Shown one piece after another: positions 63,016 to 64,000 of a stretch of DNA of 64,000 nucleotides. This DNA comes from Antedon mediterranea. Taxonomy: Eukaryota; Animalia; Echinodermata. Numbering within the stretch: the stretch's first letter is position 1; the number at the start of each line of letters is the position of its first letter. The translations under genes and the position numbers were made by a program. Location: positions 19,031,648 to 19,095,647 of the forward strand of contig NC_092673.1 of the NCBI RefSeq assembly GCF_964355755.1. Reading direction: 5' to 3'. A model generated the notes under the pieces. That model made no database searches, was not told the origin of the DNA, and saw only the letters and a program-made list of their open reading frames with translations.

Positions 63016-64000
63016 TTAATTTAGGTCAGGTAATTTAAATCCTGTAAACACCGGGTCATCTCCAGGTGGTGGGAAATGTGCTCTTATGCAAGAGACAACA
63101 CAAGACGGAAGCACTATACGGATATTTTTTCCGACATATCCATGTATCCATCGGGCATACTGTCTGTACGATATGTGACGGTACTTTTTGTTTTTTGGTC
63201 CGTTATAGATAACTTTCTTATCATAGTGTTGCTTATACGAAAGCCATGCTACTTCCAGCACCCAAGGGTCAAGAGCAACAGACTTGAAACCTGGATGATT
63301 TGTGATGCAGGAGAATGGAGCATCATTGTTGAACAGATTGACATTGTCTTCAAGTTTAGCACTTGTGTTTTCGCACTCCTTGCAGCAGATGCACTCTTCC
63401 CCTGAGCCCATGATTTGGCAATGTTCACAGGAACACCTGAACAAGATGAAAACATGTATTTAGTCATTATAAAACTAATTATTATGATTATAATTAGTTG
63501 ATCATATCAGCAGTCACTCAAGCAAGTGAAATTCAAATGCCCATTTGAACTATGACCAGAATATTAATATTAATACTTTAGGCCTAGTCCATCTATTATT
63601 ATAACCAAACCCAAGCCCAAGGAGTAGCCTATTATTAAACCACCGTCCCAAATCCGACCCATCTAATAATCATCAAACAAATTACGATGGGGACTTTATA
63701 TTAACGTATGGCATCTCACAAAATTTGAAAAAAAAAAACCGATTGTATATTTAGAATTTAGAAACACTGAGGTAGCTCTAGCTTCGATTGATTAATTAGG
63801 CCTAGCCCAATCAAGCAGACGCTTCACTACAACAACCACAAGGGGAACACCTACCATTCTAAATTATCCAGGCGTGCAGCCATCATGTCAACATCTTCAC
63901 CTTGGGCTTCTTCATCAATGTCTTGTAATTCATGTTCCTCAAAACGTGGTTCGAAATTATATGGTATTATAAGGCCAGTACCATTTTCCTCATCACTTGA
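63016..64000 (-). CDS. KolX accessory protein (P2X7 cytoplasmic ballast / nanor-like Cys-rich domain), 5' end beyond window
   Basis: Exons >=64000-63855 (..IIPYNFEP..RLDNLEW) and 63436-63016 (CSCEHCQIM..ECICCKE..CITNHPGF..YRHISYRQY..W..LPSCVVSCIRAHFP); GT-AG intron, frame intact. Confidence 0.85.

Larger units (their letters stand above)
57309..64000 (+). mobile_element. Kolobok DNA transposon (right end beyond window)
   Basis: TTAA|AGTGCTAGTGCCAC left end; THAP-DDE transposase on + and convergent KolX on -. Confidence 0.85.

Noticed and set aside
63016-63444. Host P2X7 purinoceptor gene
   Set aside because: No transmembrane or ectodomain sequence is visible; the short acidic PYxFEP leader and the position convergent to a Kolobok transposase indicate KolX.

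Overview
AT-rich, intron-containing animal DNA, probably a marine invertebrate such as an echinoderm (inference only). Bases 1-17.3 kb hold the 3' part of a multi-exon + strand ROCO-family gene. Its reconstructed architecture is [ankyrin cassette exons]n - ROC GTPase - COR - tandem DED-like domains - Ser/Gly linker - polybasic CaaX tail (..RKQKKRSKCGCKLL*). The ankyrin repeats are symmetric phase-0 single-repeat exons in near-identical intron shells. They differ almost only by non-synonymous changes at the ligand-contact positions, which suggests a diversifying, exon-shuffled, membrane-anchored immune or death receptor. One 1-nt frameshift is visible in a COR exon. The other ~46 kb is almost all repeats and DNA transposons: nested Helentron-type/Kolobok MITEs, a 3.9-kb fold-back AcademX derivative inside a 69-bp satellite, hAT/Harbinger/MULE MITEs with clean TSDs, and a 14.3-kb CCCAG-ended EnSpm-type element. 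That element carries DUF4806-like exons and a minimal hammerhead ribozyme motif. At the right end is a disrupted Kolobok element (THAP-DDE transposase plus a convergent P2X7-ballast-like KolX gene) interrupted by a non-autonomous Academ-type element. All calls come from reading the sequence by eye; no searches were run.
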